Of a DNA stretch of 64,000 nucleotides, positions 61,185 to 64,000 are shown in pieces. This stretch comes from Podarcis erhardii (taxonomy: Eukaryota). The position numbers were made by a program, and so were the translations under genes. Under the pieces are notes generated by a model, which worked only from the letters and a program-made list of their open reading frames with translations, did not search any database and was not told the DNA's origin. The stretch lies in NCBI GenBank assembly GCA_964252035.1, contig OZ176200.1. One strand, 5' to 3'. The stretch's first letter is position 1; each line of letters begins with the position of its first letter.

Positions 61185-64000
61185 ATTTAGCAGGGTAGGA
61201 AAATATAAATGAAGTGTGTCTCAAATGGGGGGAGGGGAATCTTCCTTACCCAGGAAGCATATTCTCAGTAATAGTGGAACCAAGTGATTTGTCCATTTGA
61301 AGAACTCATCACATGCAAAGGCTCAAAGCCTGTATTATTGCCTGCCCCAGAGAGGAGAGAAAATATTATTTTGTTCATTTGCATATGGAAAAAGTTTCTA
61401 ATGCTAGAACAGGTCTATCAATAATCTAACCAGGTGGTTGCTTAATCAAGCTCAGCACTGGAAAGGAAAACATGCTAACGGTAATTATGCTTCTAACTAG
61501 AGGTGCCAAATGCTATTTCACATGTGAACTCACACCTTCTCCTTTTCTGCAATCTGCCAGGCTGCCCGAAGGTGGATTTCAACTTACTGGCATTATGAAG
61601 CTGCTGTTTACAAAGCTAATTTCTCTAGCGTTTCATTAGCTTTAATAAGCTAAAAAAATGAGATCAGCAATTGCCCCTAAGAAGCAGAAGTTTTAGTGCA
61701 CATGTGGAGTGGCTGTATCCAGAATGAGCTGTTTTTGCAAGTCAATGCATATATGGGTTCCTTTGCAGCCACAGATCAGCTTATTCCTTAGAAATGGCTA
61801 GAAATCTCAGTATTTGTACAAGATACATTTGCGCACCACAGTGGCAAATTGATCTCTGAATTGGAGGCAAATGGGTTTAGGGAGATTTGCTATGGTGTTT
61901 TATTTCCTGCAGGGTCTGGATTTGGGTGTGTGAAGTCCTGTTGCAGTTAATACCGGCTGCCTATGTGCAGTGGCAGATCTTGGGGTCTCTAATTTCAAAG
62001 GGCCCTGTGCAATGCCAAAATTCGGCACCTCTCCGCCTCTTGTGCTCCACTGTAGATCAAAGTTATGACTCTCCTAGTGGCGGCACCCCGGGGCTCCGCG
62101 CCTGGTGCTACTGAACTGGTCACACTCTCCTAAAGCAGCCTCTGCTATGTGCTTGCATCTGCATCTCCACTGACACATTCAGCCTGTGTGGTTACACTCT
62201 CAATCAAATACAAAGGCTTCCTGACAGAGACAATTTGGTACCTTGATTTTTATCAACCTCAAAGAGAGCACTACAGATCTATTATTGGGCTGTTCCCATG
62301 GCATTGTGTACAGCTTCAAAAGACATTGTACCCACATTTTGTGTGTGTGTGTGTGTGTGTAAACATTGAGCTTTGCATTTGCTTCACCTGGGTGTTCCAG
62401 ACTAACCATAAAACACTTGTGGCTTGCAAACTTTCTGGGACCAGGAATCCACAGACTTTAGAAGCAGCTCATCATACAGCCAAATTCTGTGGCAAGTGTC
62501 CTTTCTGACAAAGCATGAAAAGCAGTAGCCTACTAGAAGCATGTGAGGAACAGAAACCATTGAACATGAGCCTCTTTCACCCAACCTTGCCCCATGTGGA
62601 AAACATGTTTACTCTAGGGTACGGTAAGTGTTCTATGTGGTTTAGTCAGTGCTATTTTTCTAGAAAAATGGTGCCCACCTGAGTTCTGGCTGAAAAAGAA
62701 GCCCATCATAAATGTATTTTGCTTTGCAACTCTGTCACTCTATGGTGGGGGGGGTGGATCTGAAACCATGTTTCTGTGGTGGAGCTATGGCATTCTGAAA
62801 TGGTTCATGAGGTGGACATCTGGTAATAATACAAATGATTAGTGAGCCATTGTTGCTTTCCTAACCCACTTGATCTCCCAGTGCTCTTCCAAAGCCATTA
62901 GTCCATGGAAATGCCAGGGCCACTTAATACGAATGCAGACCTAGCCTGAAAACTTAATTGAAATATCCATGGGAGCCCTAATAGCCGTCGTCGGTAGTCT
63001 CTGTCCCATGCTGCTTCTGCCTGAGATGCATGTGGGGAGAGGCTCCGTTTACTGCTGCAGTTCTGTGTAGATTGCTAGGCAACACAGTGCTATCAATTCT
63101 TTCTAACTGTGAAAGGGCAGCACACACTTGAAGAGAGTCACAGCAGAACAGGAAAAACTAAGTAAATAGTAACCCAGATAAACGTGAGCGGGCTAAAGAG
63201 AGAGCTGAAACCAGAGCTCTGTGTGTTCCATGATTCCAGGCAAGGGCAGGAAAAGCATGGGGTATATTGTTGGACATACAATCCAGCTTCCTCCCTATGA
63301 ATCCCAGCTTGCTCGCTCACTTGCTTGTATTAAAAAAGCAGCAAGTTTCTAGCTTTTAAGACCACGAAGGGAAGTTTCAAAAATATGTTGCCAATGCAAG
63401 ATTGCTAGTAGCCTCGTTGCGAAACCTCAATACATTGAGCACTGGAAATAAAAAATGTATATAGGTCATAGAATCCAGCTTTTTATGCCATGGAAAATTG
63501 GTTATATTAGTGCTGGATATAGCACTGTATTAAATACTGCAGACAATACTTATTTCTTTAAAACATGTATTGCATCCTCCAGTTTGAAAAACTCTTGAGT
63601 GGTACACATTTTATCTATTTAATGGGCTCAGATTCCACTTTCTGTTGCAAGAGGCCTCAAAGCGGTTTACATCAATCAGTCAATCTGCTCAATCACAGAG
63701 CACAATTAAGACAAACAGTAAAGCATCGGCAACATCGATATCAACAGGAAAGCCTCAAAAATCAGTAATGTAAAGCAAGATAGGCAAAAGCTAGATCTGA
63801 ATATTCAAGAAAGCTTTGTCGATGCCTCAACTGATAGTTTGCAATGTGCCATTGATGCAATAATAGTGGTGGGTTTATACAGGATCATTCACACATCATG
63901 CTGATTTATTAGTTGTTCTGCGATACTTCCCCAGTGTTATCACATTATTGCCATCAGAGTGGGAGGCACTCTTGTGCTAGAGCACAACAAATGGGGGACA

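Overview
Vertebrate genomic DNA, most likely from a lacertid-type lizard, judged from Sauria SINEs, Squam-type tRNA SINEs, lizard L2/CR1 LINE ends and Tigger/hAT MITEs. Bases 1-34.6 kb hold the 3' end of GALNT13 (polypeptide GalNAc-transferase 13, + strand): three internal coding exons (3085-3224, 10248-10346, 12847-12981) and the canonical last exon (CDS 33254-33394) with its 3' UTR. The last intron contains a second, intact, in-frame exon (26327-26512) encoding an alternative gamma repeat of the ricin-type lectin domain, with its own long pyrimidine tract and polyA signal. The same intron carries a 1.9-kb Chapaev3 (CMC) DNA transposon with both ends, a TAA target duplication and a frameshifted, internally deleted transposase. 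Bases 34.6-64 kb are repeat-rich intergenic DNA with a 133-N assembly gap, a 673-bp unidentified polyA-type insertion bounded by a 17-bp direct repeat, an LTR-like piece nested in an L2, and several possible conserved non-coding stretches. I found no convincing wholly new system. The strongest leads are the swappable lectin exon, its splicing architecture, and the transposon and insertion. Family names and homology calls come from my recall of consensus sequences, not from searches; repeat boundaries are approximate unless TSD/TIR coordinates are given.
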